The position numbers and the translations under genes were made by a program. DNA of 61,129 bases, filler included, from Catajapyx aquilonaris (lineage: Eukaryota), in NCBI GenBank assembly GCA_000934665.2. It is 3 parts of 3 records of this genome, joined end to end, with 100 filler letters (N's around TTAATTAATTAA, not from the genome) between each part and the next. Parts side by side here need not be neighbours in the genome. Positions count along the whole stretch, not along the records: positions 20,414 to 40,727 come from JYFJ02006294.1; positions 40,828 to 61,129 come from JYFJ02006295.1; 1 more part is not named here. One strand, given 5' to 3'. Shown here one piece after another: positions 38,911 to 51,064 of the stretch. Within the stretch, counting starts at the first letter, position 1. Every line of letters begins with the position of its first letter. The notes below the pieces were generated by a model. It made no database searches. It was not told the DNA's origin and worked only from the letters and a program-made list of their open reading frames with translations.

Positions 38911-39291
38911 TTGCTCTTGCCTTCCTTCGTTTCCATTTCCACCCTCTGCATCCTCTTCCCTGTCTGGATGAGCAATGTCAGCCTGCCTCACTCTGTCCTC
39001 CTCCTCTTCCGCTGCTCCAGTGTGATCACTTTCCTGGCTGCTGTTGCCCTCCTCCTCCCCTCGCTCTTCCTTCACCCTCAGACCACCTCTTCCTCCTTCC
39101 CATCTTCTCCTGGCCTCCTCCTCCTCCTTGCTGAAACTGATTGTGACCTCCACTGGCTCCTCCTCGACCTCGACCTTGACCCTGTCCCACTTGGAGTGAG
39201 TGAAGCTGTGCGCCATCAGGTCAATCTTCCTCTTGAAGACGTTGTTGGGGCAGTGGAGACATGGGAACCTCCCCAATTTCAGCATGTCCAT
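38911..39291 (-). CDS. C2H2 zinc-finger gene, first coding exon (finger CLHC..HSFTH plus acidic region)
   Basis: gccATGG start; acceptor ttattccag| at 39339; donor CAA|gtgaga in phase 0. Confidence 0.75.
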
Positions 39292-39726
39292 GGCTGATGG
39301 GATGAGGATGGGTCTCTCTCGTCTAACTCTGCATCTTGTCTGGAATAAAGAGTGAATAAGGTGAATAATACCCACCCACTTCAGAACCGCAAAAATATTG
39401 CAGGTTTCTATACATTTCCTTAATCTCCTCGATGAGCTTCCAGGGAATGACACTATTACAAGGGTGCATAAACGTTTCGTTCCAAAGTTATTGAATTTTG
39501 AAATCGCAAGTATAGCTGAATCCAGATATATCAGACTTCAAGGGACTGCTGAAATCAGTCTGTTATAGCCGAATACATAGCCATATATCGAAGTATGCAG
39601 GACCAGCCTTTCGAGTCTGTTATAACCTAAAGTCTGTTATATCCGGATTCAACTGTATAAGGAACAATCAATGAATGAAAATACACAAGTGCTCCTTTGT
39701 TGACACCAAATAGTTCTACTATAATA

Positions 39727-40285
39727 CAGGGTGTTTCAGAGTCACGGGTCAAGCGCGCGCAAGGGGGTGGGGAAAAATCGTAGGTGGCGACTACCCGGGT
39801 CGGTTTTATAAAACAATTAGAAATACGGCAGTAATCTATTTATTTATTATGGCCGTACGGAGTGACGTCATATCTTTTCTGTTTGAATTGACTGGCGCGG
39901 ACTGGCAGGCTGAACGGCTTTTTAGCCTTGCGGGTTGCACTGAAAAAAGCGCTCTCATGTTATACCAGTAGGGTACTGTCCAAAGTAGTGTACTACTGTA
40001 CAGTGGTGTGTTCAGTACCCTGCCGGTGAAGCATGATAGCGCCTTTTTCAGTGCAACTCGCAAGGCTAAAAAGCTGCTCAACAGGTTCAAGCAAGCGCAC
40101 CTGTCTCTCCGCGGGACTCGATTCAAACAGAAAGTAGGATGTGACATCACGCCATACAGCCGTAATCAATAAATTGATTACTGCCGTATTTCTAATTGTT
40201 TTATAAAACCACCCCGGGTAGTCGCCACCTACAATTTTTCCCCACCCCCTCGGGCGCGCTTGACCCATGACTCTGAAACACCCTG
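39727..40285. mobile_element. Tc1/mariner-type fold-back MITE (559 bp)
   Basis: TA TSD; CAGGGTGTTTCAGAGTCA TIR; nearly the whole element is palindromic. Confidence 0.9.
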
Positions 40286-40401
40286 TATGGCTGTATATAT
40301 GCAGGGTGAAGGGGAACTTGAGGACAATCGCCAGGTAGACTAACAGTACTTGTAAAACTAACATAGGGATGTGCAATTAGTTTTGGGCTCTGTTGCACAT
40401 A

Positions 40402-40727
40402 CAGGGTGTTTAGGAGCTAACTTTACAAACTTCTAGGGGTAATAGAGGGGACCAAGACAAACATATTTCACATAGGAACCCATGTCCGGAAATGCCATCT
40501 AGAGGGGGTTCATAGACAAGGAATGGGTGCGCTCAGACACGTTAGGCGGGCGGCATTAGTGAGCTGACCGTTTAGTTGCTAGGTGGCGCGTGGATTGTAC
40601 ACAACTCAGCAATTCGCAATAACCTGGCAACAACAGAGTTGTTGTTTATTATCTGCGCGCTACCTAGCATGCTGACTTTACTTGCTAGGTGGCTCTGTTG
40701 TTGCCAGGTTATTGCGAATTGCGAAGT
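40402..40727. mobile_element. Tc1/mariner-type MITE truncated by the assembly spacer
   Basis: TA|CAGGGTGTTT; shares AGGGGTAATAGAGGGGACCAAGACAA with the 36759 copy. Confidence 0.75.
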
Positions 40728-40827
40728 NNNNNNNNNNNNNNNNNNNNNNNNNNNNNNNNNNNNNNNNNNNNTTAATTAATTAANNNNNNNNNNNNNNNNN
40801 NNNNNNNNNNNNNNNNNNNNNNNNNNN
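40728..40827. other. Assembly spacer N44-TTAATTAATTAA-N44
   Basis: Same construct as 20314-20413. Confidence 0.95.
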
Positions 40828-41134
40828 GCAAGTTCCCACCCAGGGGAATATTTCTTGGTCAAGGGAGGAACAAGCGCACGTCTGCTTCTGGGGCCTGGGA
40901 AGGATGGAATGTGTGGCAGCAGTGTGATCGGGGGATTCGTGATCATGGACGCCCTCCTGACCGTAGCTGCTCCTGAATCGAATCATGCCCCCCCGATGGT
41001 ATCTCCACCTTATCGTGGTGGTGGGGTTTGCGTTTCTCCCGTGACCCCAAGAGCTATGCCGGCGGTAGCTGCGTCTACTGGTAGGGCCACCCAAGCCGGA
41101 CAGGTCTTTGGGATAGGAGACAGACTAAGAGAGA

Positions 41135-41258
41135 TGCCAGTCCTTCCTCTCTTCTTTTTCCTCTTCGTTTCTCTCTCCATCTGTCCCACCTTTGCTTCTT
41201 CTTACAGCCAGATAGCCATAGTTGCTTTGGCTTCTTCCAAATAAACCTAAACCAAACC
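41135..41258 (+). repeat. Retroposon 3'-tail-like repeat ending in (AAACC)n; inverted copy at 56346-56469
   Basis: CAGCCAGATAGCCATAGTTGCTTTGGC..AAACCTAAACCAAACC present at both loci. Confidence 0.65.
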
Positions 41259-42707
41259 AGACTGAGACGAGCAGAAATCAAGACTCAGGCCTGCACTTTG
41301 AAGGCGAGGCTGGCCAAAAGGCAGAAGTGTCAGACCAAGCTGGAACTTCCAAAGACTATGAACCTGGACTGGGAGATTAATAGAGTAGATGTAAATACAG
41401 GAGTGACTATATGAAGCTTTCTTTCTCAACTTTAAATGCAGTTTTCTCAAAACTAAATTTTTGTGCCATTGCATTGTCGTAGCATAGCGCATGAACCGCC
41501 CCAATGCTAGTAATAAAAACATCCGTCACCATAACAACAGAAACACTCAATTTGTCGTAGAGTGCTGCTGAAAAATACTGCTGCGTCCATGTCAGTTGCT
41601 GTATTTCTTTAGCCACACCAGTTACTGTCTGTCGAGTGTTGAAAACGTTTTACTTTGCAAGGGTCAGGTGGTTTCAGGCAGGCACTCCTCACCAGCATGA
41701 AGTGTGGCGCAGTTCATGTGAAAAATTAACGGCAGAGGAGTCGATCGTTCCTATATGTAGAATATATGGGAAGTTTTTTTGTGGTGTCATGAGAGATAAT
41801 AGTTCCTTTCACGTGTGCTCTATGCCAAGAAAGGGTTCTCAGTAATGAAGGAGGGGGGAAAAAATCTTAACCTTTCCTGCACAAGATGACCTGAAATGTA
41901 GTAGCCTATGATCAGAGTGACAGTTAACTGATTTTGAATACGAAGGTTTGAAGTTTAAACATAATCCTTTACAAAGTATACATATGAAGACATCCACAAA
42001 AACAATTAAAAAAAAAAAAAGACCAGTCATAACAAAATGGTAGGCCTAGCTGCTGCACTGTAATAAGCGTTATATATTTCATATCAGTTTATTTAATATT
42101 TTCAAACCGTTGGTAGCGAAACCGCGGAACGGAGGATACATTACCCGTGTATTTAAAAATCAACTTCATGCGGTCTGGGACAAAGATAAAATGGTTGAAA
42201 ATGATGTTGAATTTCTCGTGACTGGAGATCTAATAATGTAGGCTTAATTCACTTTTTTTTTTTACATATAGGCCTACAGCAGATGCATAAGTACGACTGT
42301 TACTGGAGCGAGTACAAAACTCCAGCTGGAGACGAGGGACAGACTTCACCTGGATGAACTGGAGAAGAAGAAGAAGAAAGGAAGTCCAGGCTGGAGGAAG
42401 AGGATTGTTGGAACGAGATAGTTCTCGTTCCATTTCTAAGGGGGGAAGAATGTAGTGTCCAGGCAACTGGCAGCACTACAATACTATTTTTATGCCACCA
42501 TTATTTATTGTTGCAGCTGTTTTGTGATTTTTTTTAAATAATGAGAGACATTGCTTCTATCTAGTAGTACCATCCAGAAGAGCAGAGATATAACTGAGGA
42601 TGGTATGTATCCACGACTCATCTGCTCATGAGCTGTTCCACCACTTTCCTCGAACATGTGATTAGAAAATTTCCCAAAATACAAACTGTATTGTTGCAAA
42701 AATAATA

Positions 42708-45439
42708 AGGTACCTGACCCAAATAAGGCCCAGCTCCCAATAAGGCCCAGTTTTTATATCTCTGTTAATTGCGGTCGTAACTCCAGATGGCATGCATGGG
42801 TCGATTAAGCATCAAAAAGTGAGTATAGTTCGGTAGATGGCACTATCGTGCAGGACACATAGGCCCATGAATTTAGCAAGTCATTGTCGACAGGCTAGAA
42901 AAACAGGCGCGTTGTAATTTTCCTGCTGAGAAAAGCCTGGATACAAGACGAGTGAGACGTGCTACGCCTACGTAATGGTACGTACAGACACCTGAGCGAC
43001 AGCGCTTAGCTATCGTAGTGGCACAGAGGATTAAAACAGTTCCCTTTAGGTAATTCAGGTCATTTGCTGAAAGGCTACTGCGATCCTAATAAGGCCCAGT
43101 CAACAACGTGGTGGGCCTTATTAGGTACAACGGCACATACAGCCATCCTAGAGCCGGAATAGTGACACAGTAGGTAATGTAATCCCTGTAAGAACTTTAT
43201 CATGGCTAGAACATGTGTGAGGAACAACTCTGTATTTCATTAGGGAAGGAATGGCCACTGCAAACACACATCCGCAGAAGCAACGCCGTGCGCAATGGAC
43301 AGAAGAAAATTTGCAGAACGCCTTGAATGCGATTCGGCGTGGGAAACTAAGCCAACGAGAGGCGCAGGCACGTTTTGGAATCCCTAGGAGGACACTCAGA
43401 AACCATATAAAGAGTGGCAAAGAATCACGGAAGCTAGGTCGAAGCCCACTGTTGTCATTCGAACAGGAAGAGGATTTGAAAGCACGCCTTTTTCGACTCT
43501 CTGAAATTGGAGTTCCTCTTACGAAAAAGTTGCTGCAGCATTCAGTGCACCGATACTGCCAATTAAACGGGATAGCACACACCTTCAATCTCGAAACATG
43601 GTGTGCAGGGAAAAAATGGATGAAACTTTTCATGAACAGGCATCCGGACGTGGTAGTCAGGAAAGCTCAGATGATGAATCAGGCGCGAGCCCAGAAATTG
43701 AATCGTCCCATTGTCAATGACTACTTTCAAAAACTGAAGCAAACTTTAGAAGACATGCAAGTGACAACCAGACCCGAAAAAATCTTCAATATGGACGAGA
43801 AAGGCTGTCGATTGACTCTCCACCATCAGCAAAATGTGTTGTCACGCAAGGGAGCGAAGCGGGTTCATCTCATTGCAAACGAACACGCTGAGAATGTCAC
43901 GATCGTAGCTTGCGGAAGCGCGGTAGGCACAGTTATCCCGCCAATGGTGATATTCAAAGGCATCCGAATGAAACCTGAGTATGAGGACAACTTGCCGCCA
44001 GGCTCAGCTGTGGCTATGGCCCCGAAAGGGTCGATGACTACTGATATTTTCCTGGTGTGGTTGGATCATCTCGCAAGGTTCAAACCCGCTGGTCCAATCC
44101 TTCTCATCTTCGATGGTGTTTCGAGTCATCTGGACTACGACATTGTAGAACGAGCAGAACAACATGAGATAAAATTATTCTGCTTGCCAAGTAATACGAC
44201 CCATGAATTACAGCCCATGGACAAGAGTGTCTTCAAAGCTTTCGAGAGCTACTGGGACGAGGCGGTTCTGAGATTCTGGGACACACATCCGGATCGAATG
44301 CTAACCAAGACCAGATTTGGCACCATATTTACCCGAGTCTGGGGCAAGGCGCTTACATCTGAAAAAGTGATCAGTGGCTTCCGTGCAACTGGCATCTACC
44401 CTTTTGACCCCTCAGTTATTCCCGATGAAGCTTTCGCACCCAGCGTGCTCACGCAGACTGACGAACATCACCTTGCTGAGGAACGAGCAGGTAGCCCAGC
44501 AATCAGCCATGCATCTGTCGATGTGGATAGTCCTGAAAATGAAGTCCCACAGGATGAAGCTGATATGACCTCAGTGATACCTGAATCAGCAGACAATGCC
44601 ATCCTTGATTCACCGGATCATGGCTCCCAGCAAAATATGTCCAATGTTCCAGCACCACAGAGTGATGATCCACACAATGCGGGCGAGAAGGAGTCCCCCA
44701 CATTCCACGATTTGTTGTCGACCCCAAAGTTGCAGCGATCAAAGAAAAGGGCGAGGAAATCCCTCAATTATAAAGCACAAGCTCTCTGTAAGTCCTTGTT
44801 CAGTGGTAAGAAGGACAGGAAGTTAACTCAGCCAAGGGCCCGAAGTTCAGGAAAGAAAGGAAAAGCTGCATCCTCTGCAAGTAAGTTACATTCAATTTAA
44901 ACTAACTTAGGACAAAGAAACACGAATTTCACTTAGATTACATGTTACACCATTTGTAGGCACACGAAACTCCCGCTCTCAGGCCCGAGGCAAACCGGAC
45001 AGGCGGACGCTCACCGATGCCGGACAAGCAAGTTGGCATTGCTCCGTATGCCATGAGGATGCTATGAGGGACATGCGGAGGTGCTTTTCTTGCCTAACCT
45101 GGGTCCATGAAGACTGCGTGGGTCTTACAGTAGAAGATAAGGGGCAGTTTCTGTGTCCAGATTGTGCACCGTAACAAGTATAGCTGTATAGGACTTGCAA
45201 TGGTGGCGGACTTACGTGGGCCTTATTTGGGACCTATGGTTTTAATAAGGCCCATGTGTAACACTTTACTAAGCAGGTTGTCAGCCGAAGGATATGAATT
45301 CCAGCATACACGGATATATATTGACTTGTGCATTATTATATGATGTATCTGTCCATGCATTCAAATAAATGCTCAACGTTCACTGGGACTGGTAAAAAAT
45401 TGTTATCTGTTAGGTGGGCCTTATTTGGTGCAGGTACCT
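42708..45439 (+). mobile_element. Complete pogo-superfamily DNA transposon (2732 bp)
   Basis: TA TSD; TIRs AGGTACCTGACCCAAATAAGGCCCA / TGGGCCTTATTTGGTGCAGGTACCT; intact transposase. Confidence 0.93.
43251..45174 (+). CDS. pogo-type transposase, 614 aa spliced (exons 43251-44880 and 44960-45174): psq/CENP-B-type HTHs, DDE_1 DD35D core, C-terminal PHD finger
   Basis: NMDEKG, IFDGVSSH, QPMD with 35 aa between the 2nd and 3rd Asp; 79-nt gtaagt...tttgtag intron in phase 1; exon 2 has CSVC..CFSC..H..C..CPDC. Confidence 0.9.
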
Positions 45440-46265
45440 TATTACAAAAACCATTCTAATAATGAGCAGTGGATAATCTGGCCCGGCTACTTAAACCTGT
45501 GGGGTGGTCTGGCACCTTTGGACCTGGAATGACATTCATTATTACTGTTTGTACGTAAACCTTCGATTTCACGGAAAATAAATTATTGGGAACTATAGAT
45601 CTTATTAGTGCCTCATCATTATTTACTTTTTTATGTATTTATCCTTCATGCCTTTTCCTTCCAGCAAAAAAATGCAATGGATTTATCTCACGTAATCGGT
45701 AATGGTTTATCAACATGATATGAACTTACTTTTCTAAGTTACACTGGTGCAATAAATTGTGACTTTTTCAGAGCATCTGAGATTAAACTACGTTGCATTA
45801 ATCATGTTTGGGCAGCTGAATATGAAAATGGCCGTTGAAACACCAGATTAGCTCAGGTTCTTTTAATATGGATAGGATTTTTTTTACACATTTGCATAAG
45901 TTACCGGTATGTATGTATGTAGGACCTACCCTGTGATAAAACTGGCGAGCACAGTTTTTCATTAGAATACTTTCATGCTCTGTCTAATGTAACTATTAAT
46001 GCTGATTTCAAATATGCAATCAGAAATTTTATGTCCGCAAGGCTACGTTGCTGGCACTCTTTCACCAAAAGAGTCAGAGTGCGGAATTCGCATGATAATT
46101 GCTGGATATTTAAAAAAAGAAATAGTAACTGCGGGAAGGGGCATAACCAGCCCTCTCCATTTCGTCTCCTCAGCCCCTGAATCTATATGTCTCCTCACAC
46201 CTTAATCCACCACGGATAAAGGGGGGGCAGGTTATGCTGGAAGCAGGACGAGGCCGCCCCTGGCC

Positions 46266-46651
46266 TGTAACGGGTTCGGAGGGCCGCATCTAATAGCGGT
46301 CTGTCCAGAGCAGCCTCCGAGAGAGGGGGGTGCTCCTAAAGGGGAGATGGCCCAAGGAGTCAGGTCTGGGAGGCTGCCCTTGGCCTGTTGGAATTGCCAA
46401 GGACCCCATAAAAGGTTCCAGTGTCCGGAACTCCCGCCTGGCGGAGGCGGAAGGAAACGAGAGAGAGGGAGAGCGAGCCGAAAAGAGAAGGCGGTTGTGT
46501 AAGTGTGCTCCGTCCGACAATAAAAAGAAGGAACCAGAAACGTTAGTGGTTGTTATCATTGTTGCATGCAGGGTCCTGCCGAGGACCGGAGCTAACCCAC
46601 TGTTATACAGTGCGACACGATACACCTGCGGGTGATAATCCTATACCTGAC
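46266..46651 (+). repeat. Possible solo-LTR-like sequence
   Basis: TGTAAC...TGACA with ATAAAA and AATAAA motifs; no TSD found. Confidence 0.3.
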
Positions 46652-47192
46652 AATAGCAGCATCACTGAGACAACTTTCGAGAACTATCCACAGGATGAAG
46701 AGAGTGAAGATGAGTGAAGATGAATAAATGTAGCCTATAAACAACAATCTTCGAATCCCGAGCAAGCTACTAACGTATCACAATGGTGTCGGTTGTTGGT
46801 CTATTCTCTATTTGTGGATGAAGGAGCTGTCAAAGCAGAAATGATTTTCAAAAAAAACAAAAAAAAAAACAGTGGACTCGACATCAATAGCTTTCGGTGT
46901 TTTTGCGGCAGTCTCAGTTTTTCAGAGAAAATTGTCTCTTCTCTCGTGAGAGCATGTTGCTGCAACATAATTGACTACATCAAAATACAGTGTCAACCTT
47001 CTCATTAACGTATCAAGGACTTTCCAAAATATATTCATTATTCTTAGACGAGGCATTAATTACCTTCAAAGAGGATGTGATGCGAAATCGAGATTCACGG
47101 ATGTGTTTCTTGGTTGACCTGGATCCTGTCACGATCGACATGTATTGAATAATTCATCACTCCGTCAAGCGATCAAAAACAACCCAAATAAA

Positions 47193-47448
47193 TGAAGGGG
47201 TCGGTGCAATACCGCCCTAACCCACCAAATGACACAAATTGAGTTAAGCACACTTCGATATACTACACTCATGTTAGTCATGTAACTAAATAAAATCCAT
47301 TGAAATTGTGCAGTTTCTGCCATCGGTCACCGAGAAATCAAATAAGTCACATGGTATATGGGATGTATATGGCCTCTCAAACCTTCAACTGCAGTTTTCT
47401 CAAAATCGGGTTTGGGAGGGTTAGGGCAGTATTACACCGACCCCTTCA
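47193..47448. mobile_element. Small MITE with TIRs of about 30 bp
   Basis: TGAAGGGGTCGGTGCAATACCGCCCTAACCC / GGGTTAGGGCAGTATTACACCGACCCCTTCA. Confidence 0.75.
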
Positions 47449-49599
47449 ATTATTATGAGTCCTGACGAATTCCATTATATTGGTGGAGACAGCGCACCCT
47501 TTGACAACGAATATTATGCTTCCCTGCAAAGATAACGGGCACCAGCCATGAAGCAAGACACTCCTCCCAGATAGCTACCCTGCTCAACCAGCGAGCTCTC
47601 CTACACTCTCATTCAGCCAAGCATATATTCCGAAGCATGTCTGGATACACAGCTTCAGCTTGTAAAATTATTTATTTATTTAATTGATTGGTGTACTAAT
47701 CTCATACTCATGTGTCATATTCAGATGACATTCCCCCCTCCAAGAGACCTATTTCCACTGTGCAGGAAAAATATTAAATGGAGGAAATTGAGCAGTTGGT
47801 GAAGTGTGAAGAAGAAAATGGACTGAAAGTGAATGTCACGTATTGGCGGAAAACTCACGTAGTGGGCCTCGACGTGTCAAGCTGTAGGCTCCTGACGTGC
47901 AAGACAGCCAAGGCTAAGACCAGGAGCGGGCGTGTTGTCCGACCAAGCCAGATATTGAACTTGTAAATCCTACTTCAAATATCATTAGGACGAGGCTGTG
48001 GCAAACCCCCGGAACTACCCCCCGGTTAAGCATGGGGCTGAACGATGGACTTGGAACCAAACGGGAAGGGTGAACATCGAATCCATAGTGGGACATTCAC
48101 CTGGTCATCTCGTACCTGACGACCGCACCGCCCAGGCCCTCCCATTGGTATCAGGTCATGATATTTCCTCCATAGATACAGCCAAAACCGACGACCCCAT
48201 GCGGATCATCCAGGCCTATATCGAGAGATGTTACGGGTGCAAGGCAGGAAGACAGGCAGGCACCTGTATTTTACTACACGTCGTTGACCACAGGCAGAAC
48301 CCTTCAGCAAAATAAAAAGACGTCACTGGACGAATACTTGTTGTATAGTTGGTGTAACTTCATAAGTGCCAGTCATGGGCTCAAAATTCACTTTTCTGAT
48401 ATCCAACCAAAATGTAAAATTGTCATTGGTCAGTTTACACACTAATTTTTCAAACATCAATCCTCATGTGTTGTCAAAATTCCCACCTCATGCCTTGTAA
48501 GAGGAGGAAGAGAATGATAGAATTTATCTCGAGATAAAGCCTTGAAGGCAGATTGCACAACAGCAGCCAAGTTAATGGCATCGCCCACTGGATTTGCATA
48601 CTATTGCCTGCTCATATACAAGTGCCCACTAAAATTTGTGGCTGAAAAATATGTAGTGTACAGGGACACTCACACCCTTGCAAACAATTTTTTCATCTGA
48701 GGGTACAAATCGTTTCTCACTCTAATTCACTAAATATGGGAACAAATTGTGCAGCTGCATGCCAAGAGAAATTATTCTACCTGTGTCACACAATCATGCC
48801 TCCGTCGACTCCAGATGTGACGGGTGTGGCAAGCAACACCAGAATAATAATTCTTCTAGCGACCATGCAAACAAGAATCAATGCACTGAGCTATTCCATC
48901 ACTGCCCTCAGCTTGATTCCAATTGAGGTCCAAACATTACTAAAAGCCAATCACAGTCACAATGCTAAAGTACAGCACATGAATATCTGGATGTGACACA
49001 CCCAAGTGAATCTTCCCATGAAGTCTGGAGTCTCTGGTTCGACTCATGGAAAACCAGAAGGTGAGGAACAAGAAACTAATTACACATGTTACACTAAACA
49101 AGGAGGTCAGAAGGGCAATGCTGGAACAGATTATCATCACTCTCATCAGGGAATGAAAAATTTGGCCCCTCCTTAGAACCAAGCTAAAGTCTGACATGTT
49201 GCTCTGTTAGAAGGCCAACAATAGTGGCGAGAGCGCCAGGTAGAAAATGTACATCGCCTGACTGCCGCTGAAGTCAGAAAAGCAATGTAGTCGAAGATCT
49301 GTATACAGAGCCCAACTGCAATAATTAACAACTACCCACCATTATTGACCATTATTGACAAACAAATAAGCAAGATCAGCTGTTTCGAACATACAATATT
49401 CTGCATTTCATCACAAAAAAAAAAAAACGGCAAATGGTTGCGACATTCAATCTTATGCAACTTGCTGTAGAGTGCGATTCTATTCATTGACAGTCAAGAT
49501 TTTCACACATAATGACCATCACTTCATATGTCCACCAATTTGAATCACTGAATTGATGGGTAACCATGTTGCTGTGGCCCATGCAAAAGGATGTCCACT

Positions 49600-49680
49600 T
49601 GACATGAAGCAGATGAAACTAATTTATTGTCGCAAATAGTGACTGGAGATGAAACCTGGGTCCACCTGTGACACCCTGTA
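49600..49680 (+). pseudogene. mariner transposase fragment
   Basis: 49636-49665 translates IVTGDETWVH, the first catalytic-Asp motif of mariner transposases. Confidence 0.7.
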
Positions 49681-50839
49681 CCAACCTGAGAATTAGGTCA
49701 TTTAGTAAAGCAGCTACTATCTTCAATTATCCCTCTCCTTGAAGTCAATTGCAACTTTTTGACACTCCCATATATTCAACTAACTGGCCTAGAATGTAGT
49801 AACAGCCTGTGGCTCCTTTCCCAACCAATGCAACTTCAGGTTGGAATAGTATGCATGCACAATGCATCTGAATCATTTGACGTGCACTGGTGCTTTGCAC
49901 CTTGCACCATAATCCAATTCGTACCTGTACCAATTGAACAAAAATATCACTAATTTATAAGGAAAAAAACATACTAATTCATTTGACCGAGTTCATCCAG
50001 ACTTGTACCGGAAAGGCACAAGCAGTGAAAGTAAAGGCTGGGATTTCCCAACAGTACTGTGTACATAAAAAGGCCCCTTTCAAATAGTTACCCTCATGCC
50101 CTTGGTCGATTTGACTGTTTCCAATAAACTATCCTTATGGCAGTAGACACATGTAGACTGATAATAATGAACCGGATGGAGACAAACCCAGCGACAAAAC
50201 TGCAGATGGCACACGTAAATCTCAACAGAGAGGCCAGATGAATTGAGGGATAATCAAATAAACCTGCTCCTTCCGAGAGATCCACAGATATGAAATACGA
50301 AGCGAAATAAGACAACAAATGGATTATAAAAACCTATTTCAGAGCATGAGATCTTGCCAGCCCTATGATATGTTTGACAAATTAATTTCTTCTCATCCAT
50401 TCACCATCAGTGGATTGGAATGGGTGTGACTGAAAATATCCTCATTTCTTGCTACCTCAGTGAGCCGTAGATATCAGGTTCCAGATATGACAAACTGGTT
50501 TTGTGGGCCTCACCAGCAGTCCACATAATAATCATCTGCTTTTACTTCCTCCTGTATGTCCTGTTGATTGTCATTCTTTAATACAGATGATTCCGCCTCA
50601 ACCCATCCTGTACTGAAGATGCCAAACATGGACCATGAGACAAGAAGTGAAGTCGTTAATGGACTAATGGAAAAAAAAACTGATGGCTTGTTTAAATGGT
50701 ACACCGAACATTTGTAAGCCCTTCACCAAAATATGAAAAGCTTCTGCGACTTAAATGATATTCTGAAGCAGACCTTCACTAAAGATTACGCCACAAGCAC
50801 ATTAAGGCAGACAAATATGTCCAGACGGGAGATCACATC

Positions 50840-51059
50840 CCAACCAGGAAATTCACTTGAATTCTGGGCATAATGCAGTCATAATCATTTCATGCCATCT
50901 GATATGACCCCATGGCAGAAACTGGCAGGAGCCATGGGAGTGAGAGGGTGGAGTCAGGATGCGGTGCAGAGCCTCCTCAGCCTTTACGAGCAAGACAAGG
51001 AGATGAAGGTGGTGGTGGAAAACAGGCAGCAGGTGAGGCCTGCAACCACCGAAGGGGAC
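50840..51059 (+). pseudogene. Possible decayed non-LTR reverse transcriptase fragment
   Basis: SDMTPWQKL...LLSLYE..KVVV resembles the region after the KAFD motif of LINE RT. Confidence 0.35.
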
Positions 51060-51064
51060 ATTCG

